Shown here: in pieces, positions 1 to 9,548 of the stretch
Layout of the letters: each line of letters starts with the position of its first letter
How positions within the stretch are numbered: position 1 is the stretch's first letter
Origin: a virus
Lineage: Duplodnaviria > Caudoviricetes
Direction: 5' to 3' (one strand)
DNA: 62,468 nucleotides
IMG/VR virus record: IMGVR_UViG_3300044691_000349
Coordinates: 1-62,468 of that record
Position numbers and translations under genes: made by a program
The notes under the pieces: generated by a model
The model's database searches: none
Told to the model about the DNA's origin: nothing
The model's input: the letters and a program-made list of their open reading frames with translations, nothing else

Positions 1-127
1 GGCCGCGATGGACGCGAGGGACGCGAGGGACGCGAGGGACGCGAGGGACGCCCTCCGGAGGTTTGCATCCTGGTGCATCCAACGCGCTTCGTGGTACTGG
101 TATTTTGAACTTTCGTGGCTGGCTACA
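1..127. repeat. Terminal overlap, identical to 62342-62468
   Basis: Direct comparison of both ends; 127 bp is a typical assembler k-mer overlap and it lies inside a gene. Confidence 0.95.
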
Positions 128-862
128 ACCCACATCGGCGCCGTGCAGCTCGAGCGTGCAGATATCCAGACGTGGACTGCCCCTCTATTCGAGGCATATT
201 GTGCCGGCGCTTGGTTCCTGCACTGGACCGACGATGCGGTCTATTGGATCGCGAAGCCCTCCGTCCATGTGGAGCGCATTGACGGGGAGCGGAGGATGCA
301 TTGCGAGTCCGGACCCGCACTCGATTCGGATGTAGAGGACCTCTACTTCTGGCATGGAGTCCTGGTGCCCGATTATGTCGTTATGAATCCCGATAGGATC
401 ACGGCTGGGCGGATCCGAGAGGAAGACAATGCCGAGGTGCGCCGCGTCATGATGGAAAGAATGGGATGGGAGCGATTCTGCGTCGAAGCGCAGATGAAGG
501 TTCTGCACGAGGATTTCCTCGAGACGCAATTTCCCGCACTGCCAGTCTCGGATTTGGTGGATGTCGGGCAGCGCTTGGTGACCACTTACCGGGCGGGCAA
601 AGAGACGGCGCAGCTGCTCGAAGCAGAGGGGATGACCGACTTCGAAGACCGGCCGCTCCGCTTCGTTAGGCTCGCCGATCCTTCGACTGATCGGCAGTAT
701 ACGATCCGCGTTCTGCCCACGCATAAACGGTGCTACGAGGCCATTGGTTGGACATTCGGCATGAGTGAGGATCAGTACAAGAATCGCCCCTATCTTCGGC
801 AGGGCGATGTTCTCCTCAAGCCACTCGACGTTGTAACCACCCTGCAGCAGGCGCATAGCTAA
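8..862 (+). CDS. C-terminal part of origin-spanning DUF6745-like protein (starts at 61941, about 420 aa total)
   Basis: Motifs HCESGPAL..LYFWHGVLVP and NAEVRRVMMERMG; in frame with ATG 61941 across the overlap. Confidence 0.8.
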   Translation: MDARDARDARDARDALRRFASWCIQRASWYWYFELSWLATTHIGAVQLERADIQTWTAPLFEAYCAGAWFLHWTDDAVYWIAKPSVHVERIDGERRMHCESGPALDSDVEDLYFWHGVLVPDYVVMNPDRITAGRIREEDNAEVRRVMMERMGWERFCVEAQMKVLHEDFLETQFPALPVSDLVDVGQRLVTTYRAGKETAQLLEAEGMTDFEDRPLRFVRLADPSTDRQYTIRVLPTHKRCYEAIGWTFGMSEDQYKNRPYLRQGDVLLKPLDVVTTLQQAHS

Positions 863-900
863 CGGCTGCTGTTCCCCATTCACCCAAACCCCGAAAGGAC

Positions 901-1200
901 ATGTCCACGATGATTCCCAGCAATGCAAAGCGTATCCCGCTCCGGCCTCTCGCTTTTGGCGAGAAGACTGGACACCATCACTCGCTGATGGCCAACCCCG
1001 GCGTCTGCCTCGAGGAGGCGGCAGAGATGTTCGAAGTCAAGACGGAGGATGGCGTCAAGCATTTCCTTCGCATCACCGGCGACGGCGTCTCCCTGGTCCA
1101 TCAGGAGCACAAGGCCCATCCGAGCATCGCCCCCGGATCGTATGAGGTTGTGATCCAGCAGGAGAATTCTGACTGGGGATCTCGCGCAGTCCTCGACTAA
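901..1200 (+). CDS. His-rich partner of DUF6745-like protein (GExTGHHH / HQEH motifs)
   Basis: RBS GAAAGGA; LAFGEKTGHHH, LVHQEH and PGSYEV motifs. Confidence 0.75.
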   Translation: MSTMIPSNAKRIPLRPLAFGEKTGHHHSLMANPGVCLEEAAEMFEVKTEDGVKHFLRITGDGVSLVHQEHKAHPSIAPGSYEVVIQQENSDWGSRAVLD

Positions 1201-1253
1201 TCCACCGCAACCGCGGGCCGGCGCGTAATCCGGCAGCAGAAAGGTTGGATGTC

Positions 1254-1469
1254 ATGAGCGACTTCTCGTTTCCGAGCAGTGGTGATCTTACCGAGGATGA
1301 GCTCATTGCAGAAAACTTCAAGCTTCGCATGGAGCGCATGAGTAACAATGTGTGCCCGAACAGGTGCGCGGCGATGAACTGGATTGACGCTTACAGCCGA
1401 GAGTGCCCGAAGTGTGGATTCCAGGGATTCTCAATGAAGCCGTACGACATAAAAACAGGAAACGCGTGA
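1254..1469 (+). CDS. Small zinc-ribbon protein
   Basis: CPNRC...CPKC; stop overlaps next start. Confidence 0.55.
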   Translation: MSDFSFPSSGDLTEDELIAENFKLRMERMSNNVCPNRCAAMNWIDAYSRECPKCGFQGFSMKPYDIKTGNA

Positions 1470-1834
1470 AGGCGAGTATGGGAGTCGTGATGGCGAGCGA
1501 GGGATGGAAGAATTCGCACAGCTTCTATGGGAAAGTGTTCACGTCGAGCAAGGCCTTGCCCAACGGCTGGACAGCTTCCGTGACTGACTGCACCCAAGCG
1601 TCCGCTCCATTCCGGGGAACGTATTACACCGTGCAGGCAAATTGCCGATTCTGGGGCGTTGGACATCCTGAACGATTCAAGATGCTGGAGGATGCGCGGG
1701 CCGCCGCTATTGAGTTCACAGAGAAGATGCCAACTTGCGACGATAGCGCCTCCGATGGCAATCATTGCCGGGGAGCATGGGATATTCGGCGGGCCGTCAT
1801 TGATGAATGGAACCGCAGCAAGAGCAGGGGATAA
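1466..1834 (+). CDS. Hypothetical protein
   Basis: GTG overlapping upstream TGA; operon packing. Confidence 0.5.
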   Translation: MKASMGVVMASEGWKNSHSFYGKVFTSSKALPNGWTASVTDCTQASAPFRGTYYTVQANCRFWGVGHPERFKMLEDARAAAIEFTEKMPTCDDSASDGNHCRGAWDIRRAVIDEWNRSKSRG

Positions 1835-1836
1835 CG

Positions 1837-2571
1837 ATGAGCAAATCGGTAGAGTGGTCAGTTCAGCGCGAGCATAGGTCCGGCAATAAAATTAGCGTCA
1901 GAAATCCTACCCAGGCTGAGGCGCGGGCTATCTATGACAACGCAGAACTGGGTCCAAATGATGTCAAGGTGAGCCTTATTCGTGAGGAATCGTGCGTTGA
2001 GGCCTACAAGCCGATTGCTCCGCCTGCGGCCCCGAGTGAGGAAGCGGAAATTCCGAGTGATGAAGCGGGCGAACACGAAGAGGATTGCCCTTGCTTCGGG
2101 GATGACGTGCCCCACTCTGAGGACTGCGCTAATTGCACCTGCGATAGATCCACCCCACCATTGGAATCAGGTAAGGCCACCCCTCCTGCGCCAGAGATCG
2201 CTGCATTGCCTGAATTAGATCAAGAGTGCCGGGACGAAATAACTGCTATCCCTAAGCGGTCGGTATATGACGAGTTGGATCATGTCAGGGCTATCCTGCG
2301 TTGCAGAGAACGTCAACTTACCGCCCTCCGTGTCTCCCTACCATCCGAACTCGACAAGCTCGCCCACAGCCTGGCCTTCGAGAATGCCGTGACCATCATT
2401 GACAGCGAGTCTATACATGCACTCTCCGAAGACTGGCAAGTGGTCGATGTTGAGGGCGAAGTATACCTGGTCGATGCCCTTCGCTATCTCGAGCTGCGCG
2501 GCCTTCTCGAGCGTCACCCCGAGCATAAGGACTGGGTTCGGGTAATCGATGAATCCGAGGCAACGGCATGA
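1837..2571 (+). CDS. Modular hypothetical protein with Pro-rich linkers
   Basis: ATG 2 nt after upstream stop; shares linker DNA with 4924-6603. Confidence 0.6.
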   Translation: MSKSVEWSVQREHRSGNKISVRNPTQAEARAIYDNAELGPNDVKVSLIREESCVEAYKPIAPPAAPSEEAEIPSDEAGEHEEDCPCFGDDVPHSEDCANCTCDRSTPPLESGKATPPAPEIAALPELDQECRDEITAIPKRSVYDELDHVRAILRCRERQLTALRVSLPSELDKLAHSLAFENAVTIIDSESIHALSEDWQVVDVEGEVYLVDALRYLELRGLLERHPEHKDWVRVIDESEATA

Positions 2572-3152
2572 GCGCAGAAGCCTATCCGCTGTACTGGCCC
2601 GAGGGTTGGAAGCGTTGCCGTAATCGCGAGCACTCCAGATTCAAGACTGGGTTCGGCGCGGCACGCAACCTGCTATTCGCCGAACTGGCTCGCATGGGTG
2701 CGCGCAAGGTCATCCTGTCGACCAGCGTCCCACTTCGCAACGATGGCCTGCCGCGCGCCAATATGCGGCCCGACAATGGCGATTCGGGCGTAGCGGTCTA
2801 CTTCCAGCGCAACGGAAGGGATATGGTCTTCGCCTGCGACAAGTACCGCGACACGTGCGACAACATCTACGCCATCGCCAAGACCATCGATGCCATGCGC
2901 GGAATAGAGCGATGGGGAGCTTCGGACATGATGGAGCGGGCGTTCTCGGGGTTCAAGGCGCTGGCTGCACCAACCACTCGCGACTGGTGGGACGTCCTTA
3001 TGGTGCGCCGCGATTCGAGTCGTGAGGCGATTGAAGCCAACTTCCGCAGTCTGCTGAAGACTCGCCATCCCGACGCCGGCGGAAGCCATGAAGCGATGGC
3101 AGAGTTGAATATGGCTCGCGAACAGGCTATCGCCCAGATCGGACAAGCGTGA
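2568..3152 (+). CDS. Phage J-domain (DnaJ-like) protein
   Basis: AYPLYWPEGWKR N-terminus; C-terminal WWDVL..HPDAGGS J-domain. Confidence 0.85.
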   Translation: MSAEAYPLYWPEGWKRCRNREHSRFKTGFGAARNLLFAELARMGARKVILSTSVPLRNDGLPRANMRPDNGDSGVAVYFQRNGRDMVFACDKYRDTCDNIYAIAKTIDAMRGIERWGASDMMERAFSGFKALAAPTTRDWWDVLMVRRDSSREAIEANFRSLLKTRHPDAGGSHEAMAELNMAREQAIAQIGQA

Positions 3153-3400
3153 ATCAGAACTGTTGTCCCGCATGCGGCCAGACTCTCCCCGAACGCCGGG
3201 GCCGCATCTGCGCAGTCTGCCAGCGATCCATCGGCCGTCACGACAAGTTTCACTTTGTTGGCTCGAGCGTCCAGCATCGCGATTGCAAGAATCCCGAGAT
3301 GTATCAGACAGTGGCCACCCCTCAACCCCGTCTCATCGAAGACGACAACCGCGGAGAAATCGATGCTCTACGACGAGAAGGCGCTTCGGAAGCGTTGTAA
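3149..3400 (+). CDS. Small Cys/His zinc-finger protein
   Basis: CPAC, CAVC, HRDC; GTGA coupling. Confidence 0.55.
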   Translation: MNQNCCPACGQTLPERRGRICAVCQRSIGRHDKFHFVGSSVQHRDCKNPEMYQTVATPQPRLIEDDNRGEIDALRREGASEAL

Positions 3401-3920
3401 CAAACAATACGACGATATGAAGAAGAGGGCTCGCCCTCGCCTTTGGAGGACCGGAAAGCTCGCGGGCAGAGTGCGCAGGCCTGGTCTCGAGCAGCTGCCG
3501 TTCACGAAGGATCAGCTCTGGAGGCTCGCCCTGGAACAGGTCGGTACCGGCGTACTACGGTGCCCGTACTGTGTCGAGATCGGCCGCGGCGCCACTCTCC
3601 TCGATCTCAGCAACTTCGTCTGGGACCACTTCGAGCCCGAGGGAAGGATAGGCATTGCTGCCCACACGCTCGCTAATCTCCGCGCCGTCTGTCCGGATTG
3701 CAACAACCTCAAGGGCAAGTTGTCCTACGACTTCTTTGTCGGCCTTATGGCCGCGATCGACCGGTGGGAAGATCCCGCAGACCGCGCCAACATTCACAAG
3801 TGTCTTCGCTCGCATGGCGTCACTATGCGCCTGAGATTCCCCGGAAAGCCCAAAGAGGCCTCGGCCCCTGAACCGGAAGTTGCAACTACTATGCCCCTCG
3901 CACTGCGGGACGACTGGTAG
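3363..3920 (+). CDS. HNH endonuclease
   Basis: CPYC...WDHFEP...NLRAVCPDCNNLKG. Confidence 0.8.
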   Translation: MLYDEKALRKRCNKQYDDMKKRARPRLWRTGKLAGRVRRPGLEQLPFTKDQLWRLALEQVGTGVLRCPYCVEIGRGATLLDLSNFVWDHFEPEGRIGIAAHTLANLRAVCPDCNNLKGKLSYDFFVGLMAAIDRWEDPADRANIHKCLRSHGVTMRLRFPGKPKEASAPEPEVATTMPLALRDDW

Positions 3921-3949
3921 ACCTTCGCACCACCGAAAGGAAGTTAGCT

Positions 3950-4624
3950 ATGATCTGGTTCGCCAAGGAACATGCCCAGCAGGTGACGCTAAAAACGTAC
4001 ACCGGCCTCGTCGGCAAAGCCCCCACCAAAGCCAAGCGTTTGCGCATGGCTTTCACTCTGGATCTCACCTCTGGCGACGTCAAAGGCATGCCCGATTGGA
4101 TGCAGGACGCCCGCGATTTCGTCATGCGAACCGGACAGACTGTAACGGAAAATCTCTCCGTCCCGGGCGTCAACATATCCTTCGGCGATCCGAATCTCTT
4201 CAAGAAAAAGCCTGTCGAAGCTCCAAGGGCTGATCTCCGGAAGTTCAAGATCTACTCCGCTGGCGATGCCGAGGAGCCGGACACGCTACTCAGTTTCTTC
4301 GCCTACTGCAGTTTCTCGACTGACCTCAACCGCTGGCTAGGGCAGATGAACGGGGAGGCGTTTACCGCGACCTTCGATGGCGTTGTCTCTGCGCCGCAAC
4401 CCGGCGATGTCGTGCTCGTCTCCCCGGGAGCCGCGGACGAAGACGAAGATGACGACGATGATTCGGGCGATGGTGACGACGACGAGGATGAAGGTGATCC
4501 AGCCGCCGCGAACGAGTCGCAATCTGCCAAAGCCGCTCGCATCCGTAAAACAGCGGAGGCTAATGCAGCCAAGGCTAAGCCGGCGGCACGTCCCGCAATC
4601 TCCTTCACGAAGCCCAATCGCTAA
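3950..4624 (+). CDS. Hypothetical protein with acidic tract and basic tail
   Basis: RBS GAAAGGAAG; 224-aa ORF. Confidence 0.7.
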   Translation: MIWFAKEHAQQVTLKTYTGLVGKAPTKAKRLRMAFTLDLTSGDVKGMPDWMQDARDFVMRTGQTVTENLSVPGVNISFGDPNLFKKKPVEAPRADLRKFKIYSAGDAEEPDTLLSFFAYCSFSTDLNRWLGQMNGEAFTATFDGVVSAPQPGDVVLVSPGAADEDEDDDDDSGDGDDDEDEGDPAAANESQSAKAARIRKTAEANAAKAKPAARPAISFTKPNR

Positions 4625-4682
4625 TCACCAGGGCGGTGGGCCAGTGCTCGCCGCCGTACTTCCCAGAAGAGAGAACGGGACT

Positions 4683-4931
4683 ATGAGCTATCAGGCAATA
4701 GATGAGCGGATGCACAACGGGGTTTATTCGGTGGTGGTGAAGACGACTTGCGATCTTTGCAAGGATCAGAAGGTGCTCACCATTCCCGAGACTAGCTGGC
4801 TCGCATGGACCGGCGGCGAACTGATTCAGAAGGCGATGCCAGAGATTTCAAAGGATGACCGCGAACTCCTTATCTCAGGGACGTGCGGACCATGCTTCGC
4901 CAAGATGTTTGATGGAGGCGACGATGAATAG
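4683..4931 (+). CDS. Small zinc-binding phage protein
   Basis: CDLC...LIQKAMP..DDRELLISGTCGPCF. Confidence 0.65.
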   Translation: MSYQAIDERMHNGVYSVVVKTTCDLCKDQKVLTIPETSWLAWTGGELIQKAMPEISKDDRELLISGTCGPCFAKMFDGGDDE

Positions 4932-6603
4932 CAATAACCCCAGCGACGACCGAGAGCTAAAAGCGGAACAAACGGTATGGAATAGGACGATGGAGCAAGT
5001 CCAATTTCCAGGCAAAGCCAGCCTGCCGTATCGGGTCGTTTACAACGGCAATTCACTGATGTCCATATGCTCAGACGGTGACAAAGTAGTGGTGGCCCTT
5101 CCCCTAGCCATACCAGAGGGCAGAAATACTTACTTCCAGCCCACCGATCCAGAATCTAGGAGCCTGCAGTACATGGTGTGGGCAGCTAATCTATTCCCCG
5201 CGCTTGTGGGCGAGGTACAGAGATTGCGTGACGAACTCGCCGCTCGCCTCCCCGTACCGCCTGCGGAGCAAAAAGTGACTCCCAAATGCCCACAATGCGG
5301 TAAGGAATTGGAGAAGGTTAGCCAATCCCGCAATTCGCCGCTCAATTCCGACCAGTTCGATGCTGTACGCGCTGGAGACTGGTTCTGCGAGTGCCATAAC
5401 AATGGTCGCGGAAACACCGAGTACGCCTACTTCTGGGATAGTGAAGTTATTCCCAAGCTCCCTGTACCGCCTGCGGCCCCGAGTGAGCCCGTCGAACGAT
5501 GCAGCGATTGCCCACGCCTTTATGACACAGAAGGTCCTATCTGCGAAGACTGCCCACCATTGGAATCAGGTAAGGCCGCCCCTCCTGCTCCAGCGAGTGA
5601 GCCAGAGCGTTTGGCTGATAGTGATCCAGGTAAGCCGTGGACATGGTACCCACCGTGCCGATGGTGTAAGGGAGTTATCCACTGGCATAAAGAAAAGTGG
5701 GTTCACGTGGCCGAGTTTGGATGCCTAACGCGTCTAGCGTGCGCAGATGGGAAACATCATGCAGAGCCCACCCATCCCGCACTAGAGGGGCAACCGGAAG
5801 CGCCGCCAAAAGGGGAATGCAATTTTCCCGACTGCGATTGCTTGCCAGAGTCAGAATGCCCAGACAAACCTTCGCTCACCGCCCCCTCTCCGTCTCTAGT
5901 GGAAGCTCCATGGAAAGAGACGCGATATGCGCGCCAGCAGCAGATTTACAGCTGGTGCATCGCGGCGTTTGGGCACACCGAGGCGACGTCGCTCCCGCAA
6001 CGTGGCCTTCGATTGCTGGAGGAGGCGGCAGAGGCAGCGCAGGCCGTTAGCGTTGATCTGGCTATAGCTCATCACCTGTTGGATGTGGTGTGGAGCAAGC
6101 CTCCCGGCGAGATTGGGCAGGAGTTGGGTGGGGTCGGGATAACGACGCTCGCGTTAGCAGCCGCGGCCGGGTTGTCGGCTGACGAAGAGGAATCGCGAGA
6201 GGCGACAAGGGTTCTCGATAAGCCGCTGGTGTACTTCGCCAAGCGCAACCAGGCGAAGAACGATGCGGGCCTCCGTACCTCCCTACCATCTCCCCAGCCC
6301 GTAGAGGGAGCCGCACTGATTGCAGCAGAACGGCGTCGGCAAATCGAGTCCGAGAACTGGACCCCCGAGCATGACGATAGCCATGCGAAAGGCGAGATGG
6401 CTGACGCTGCGGCCTGCTATGCAAAAGTAGCCGCGATGAATTCGTATCCCGGTCCCGTCCCACTGGATGTGCCTAGCAATTGGCCCTGGGATGCGGAATG
6501 GTGGAAGCCATCATCTGATCCCATCCGCAATCTCGTCAAAGCTGGCGCACTCATTGCAGCAGAGATCGACCGGCTGAATCGCACCAAGAAAGCAGGCAAA
6601 TAA
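4924..6603 (+). CDS. Mosaic multidomain protein (Zn fingers, NTP-pyrophosphatase-like helical domains)
   Basis: WCIAAFG..RGLRLLEEAAE and AALIAAERRRQ..WTPEHDD..LIAAEIDRL domains joined by Pro-rich linkers. Confidence 0.7.
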   Translation: MNSNNPSDDRELKAEQTVWNRTMEQVQFPGKASLPYRVVYNGNSLMSICSDGDKVVVALPLAIPEGRNTYFQPTDPESRSLQYMVWAANLFPALVGEVQRLRDELAARLPVPPAEQKVTPKCPQCGKELEKVSQSRNSPLNSDQFDAVRAGDWFCECHNNGRGNTEYAYFWDSEVIPKLPVPPAAPSEPVERCSDCPRLYDTEGPICEDCPPLESGKAAPPAPASEPERLADSDPGKPWTWYPPCRWCKGVIHWHKEKWVHVAEFGCLTRLACADGKHHAEPTHPALEGQPEAPPKGECNFPDCDCLPESECPDKPSLTAPSPSLVEAPWKETRYARQQQIYSWCIAAFGHTEATSLPQRGLRLLEEAAEAAQAVSVDLAIAHHLLDVVWSKPPGEIGQELGGVGITTLALAAAAGLSADEEESREATRVLDKPLVYFAKRNQAKNDAGLRTSLPSPQPVEGAALIAAERRRQIESENWTPEHDDSHAKGEMADAAACYAKVAAMNSYPGPVPLDVPSNWPWDAEWWKPSSDPIRNLVKAGALIAAEIDRLNRTKKAGK

Positions 6604-7991
6604 TGATCGATGAGCGCAAACTGCAAGAGCGCGGGCTACCTAAGTCTATCCATGCCGAGATGACGACCCTCGGCGGCATGCTGGTGGACTCCGTCGCCGT
6701 GCTCGACGCCACGCGGATCCTCGACCCCAACGACTTCTCCCTCGACTCGCACCGGCATATCTACCGCGCGATGCTGGCGCTGCTCGATGCCCGCGGCGCC
6801 ATCGACATCGTCACTGTGGTCGAGGAACTGCGCAAAAAGAAGCTGCTCGACTCGGTAGGCGGCGTCACTTACCTTGCATCGCTCAGCGAAGGCCTGCCGC
6901 GCAAGCTCAGCATCGAGAGCTATGTCCGCATCATCCGTCAGAAGTCCCGCCTCAGGGGAGCAGCCGTGGTCCACCAGCGAGGGTTCGATGACTCCCTTGA
7001 CGAGGGATCAGATCCTCTGCAGGTGATCGAGCGCAGTATCGAGGATCTCCGTTCGCTCGCCGATGACAGCGATGAGACGGAGCTCCAGAGCGTAGGCGAC
7101 TACTTCAAGGCTCAGGGCGAGCCCGAGCAGATGTTCGAGGTCATGGCCACCGTCAACGGCATCAACCTCGGCTTTGCCCAATGGGATGAGCTGACCGGAG
7201 GCCTTCAGCCAGGAGATCTCTGCATCATCGCCGCAAGGCCCTCAATGGGGAAAACGGCGTGGATGTGTAACGCTGCCCGCAACACTGCAATGGCCGGCAA
7301 GATCACAGCCATCTTCTCGCTCGAGCAGCCACGGCAGAGCATCATCCGCCGCATGCTCTCCTCGGCCGCGCGCGTCGACTACAAGGACATCCGCACCAAC
7401 AACCTCCGTCGTCAGGACCGCACTCTGCTACTCGAGCATCGGGCCATCCTCTCGCAGCTCCCGCTCTACATCGACGATCAGCATGGCCTTACAGTGACGC
7501 GCATCAAGTCCCGAGCCCACCGCCTGAAGGCTAATGTCGGCCTCGATATCGGATTTCTCGATCAGCTCAGCCACGTGTCCGGCGCCGATGTCTATCAGAA
7601 GGGGATGCAACTCCGCGAGGTCGTAGGCCAGCAGACCAAGGCTCTCAAGCGGGCAGGGAAGGAGCTGGGCATTCCATGGGTCGTCTTCAATCAACTCTCA
7701 CGCGAAGCCGGCAAGGGCGCTAGCGTTATTCCCATCCTCGCCAACCTCAAGGAGTCGGGAAACATCGAGGAGGATGCCGATCTTGTCGGTCTGCTCCACC
7801 GCCCCGAGTACTACGACAAGTCCGATGCTTCGCTACACGGCAAGGCGCAGATGATCCTGGCCAAGAACCGCGAAGGCGAGACCAAGACCATCGACTGCAC
7901 CTACCAGGGCCGCATTCTCCGCTGGGAGGATGACTACGAGATTCCCGCCGCACAGGAGTCTTTCCACGGTGACTACCGGGCCGCATGGTAG
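6603..7991 (+). CDS. dnaB: Replicative DNA helicase
   Basis: AARPSMGKT Walker A, FSLEQ, NQLSR, LKESGNIEEDADLV, AKNREG. Confidence 0.95.
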   Translation: MIDERKLQERGLPKSIHAEMTTLGGMLVDSVAVLDATRILDPNDFSLDSHRHIYRAMLALLDARGAIDIVTVVEELRKKKLLDSVGGVTYLASLSEGLPRKLSIESYVRIIRQKSRLRGAAVVHQRGFDDSLDEGSDPLQVIERSIEDLRSLADDSDETELQSVGDYFKAQGEPEQMFEVMATVNGINLGFAQWDELTGGLQPGDLCIIAARPSMGKTAWMCNAARNTAMAGKITAIFSLEQPRQSIIRRMLSSAARVDYKDIRTNNLRRQDRTLLLEHRAILSQLPLYIDDQHGLTVTRIKSRAHRLKANVGLDIGFLDQLSHVSGADVYQKGMQLREVVGQQTKALKRAGKELGIPWVVFNQLSREAGKGASVIPILANLKESGNIEEDADLVGLLHRPEYYDKSDASLHGKAQMILAKNREGETKTIDCTYQGRILRWEDDYEIPAAQESFHGDYRAAW

Positions 7992-8054
7992 CGCCCAAAA
8001 CCTTCACCTTGCCGGCGCTTCTTCCGGGATAAACCGCTAAACATGAGGCCAATA

Positions 8055-8294
8055 ATGAGCAAGACAATCCCAATACAATCCGCCAACGCGATCAGTCCGG
8101 AGCCGTGGGTGGACATCAAGAAGGTAGCCGAGCACCTCGGATTCGGCTATCAGGCGACCGCTAAGATGGTGAAACAGGGCAAGATACCCGGCAAACCCAT
8201 CGTCAACGGCAAGAAGACGTACTGGCGCTTCCGCCTCTCCATCGTCGATGCTTTCATGCAAGATTCCGGCGATTCACAGGGCGCAAGTCACTAA
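8055..8294 (+). CDS. Excisionase-like HTH protein
   Basis: WVDIKKVAEHLG..GKIPG..WRFRLS; directly upstream of integrase. Confidence 0.8.
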   Translation: MSKTIPIQSANAISPEPWVDIKKVAEHLGFGYQATAKMVKQGKIPGKPIVNGKKTYWRFRLSIVDAFMQDSGDSQGASH

Positions 8295-8325
8295 AATTGA
8301 GCCACTTCGGACAAGGGGGTGTCGC

Positions 8326-9546
8326 ATGAAAAGGACGAGCTACCAAAATGGCAGTGTTGTGCGCAGGAAGCGCATCAAGGGTCCAGACGTTTGGGACCTC
8401 CGCTACACGGAAGACAACGTCCAACGCGCCAAGCGGATTGGAACCGTCGAGAAATACCGAACCAAGGCCGCGGCACAGAAGGAGGCCGGCAAGCTCCTTC
8501 AGGAGATCAACGATCGCCTCGCAGGCGTCAAAGTCTCCGGTCTCTGTGACCGCTACGCCAAAGAGGGGATGCCAGACCGCCACAGCACCTCCGGACCCTA
8601 TCAATCGCACCTGAAGCGCGTCCGGAGCCACTGGGGAACCTGGCGCGTCGACGATATGGCCAAAGACGTCATGGCCGTCGAGCGCTGGATCAATGAATAC
8701 ATGACTCTGGGCACCCCCGATCGCATCATCCCCGATCGCATGGCCAAGGGCAAGCTCATCCCGGGAAAGATCGTCAAGGGCCAGCCGCCGCGGCCTGCCA
8801 GCAAGAAGACGAAGATGCACATCAAAGCCTTCGTCTACCGACTATTCGAGTGCGGCATGAAATGGGGCATTATCTCCATGCAACGCAACCCCATCGGACT
8901 CGTCGAAGTCAAGGGCAAGCGCCAGCGCAAGCGGCCGCTCATCCTGCTCACCGGAGAGCAGTACCGGAATCTCATCGCCGATCCTGAGCTCTCCCAGCAT
9001 GTCCGGGTGATGATCCAAGTGGCCATGATCCTCGGCCTGCGCGCCAGCGAATTCCTCGGCCTCCGGTGGGATGATGTCGACTTCGAACGCCGAACCGTCA
9101 CCATCCGCCGGTCCTTCGTCGATCAATACGAGGACGACACGAAGACTCTGGAGTCCGAGGCCGAGCTACCCATGCATGATGACCTGGCGATCGTTCTGAA
9201 GGGCTGGCGTGAGCAGAATAAAGACGATGAGGGGAATGATATTTCAGTGAACGGCTGGCTGTTCGGAAGCATTACCACTGGACGGCCCTTTTGGCGCGGA
9301 ACCCTCCAGCAGGACCACCTCGCCCCCGCCGGAGAGCGCGTCGGTATCGAGGATCTCGGCTGGCACGCCTTCCGCCATACCTACCGCGCCATGATGGGAG
9401 AGCTCGAGATCCCGCTCGAGATGCAGAAGACGCTGATGCGCCATGCCGACATCAGCACCACCCTAAGCTACGGAGGAAAGACCTCCACGAACAAGAGCCG
9501 CCCATACAACGCTCAGGTGGTGGAAATGCTGAAGAGGCGAGCATGA
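8326..9546 (+). CDS. int: Tyrosine integrase
   Basis: GLRASEFLGLRW, KT, WHAFRHTY, MRHADISTTLSY catalytic R-K-H-R-H-Y; RBS AAGGGGGT. Confidence 0.95.
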   Translation: MKRTSYQNGSVVRRKRIKGPDVWDLRYTEDNVQRAKRIGTVEKYRTKAAAQKEAGKLLQEINDRLAGVKVSGLCDRYAKEGMPDRHSTSGPYQSHLKRVRSHWGTWRVDDMAKDVMAVERWINEYMTLGTPDRIIPDRMAKGKLIPGKIVKGQPPRPASKKTKMHIKAFVYRLFECGMKWGIISMQRNPIGLVEVKGKRQRKRPLILLTGEQYRNLIADPELSQHVRVMIQVAMILGLRASEFLGLRWDDVDFERRTVTIRRSFVDQYEDDTKTLESEAELPMHDDLAIVLKGWREQNKDDEGNDISVNGWLFGSITTGRPFWRGTLQQDHLAPAGERVGIEDLGWHAFRHTYRAMMGELEIPLEMQKTLMRHADISTTLSYGGKTSTNKSRPYNAQVVEMLKRRA

Positions 9547-9548
9547 AA

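Noticed and set aside
4436-4500. GAC/GAT-rich repeat
   Set aside because: Simply encodes an acidic low-complexity tract
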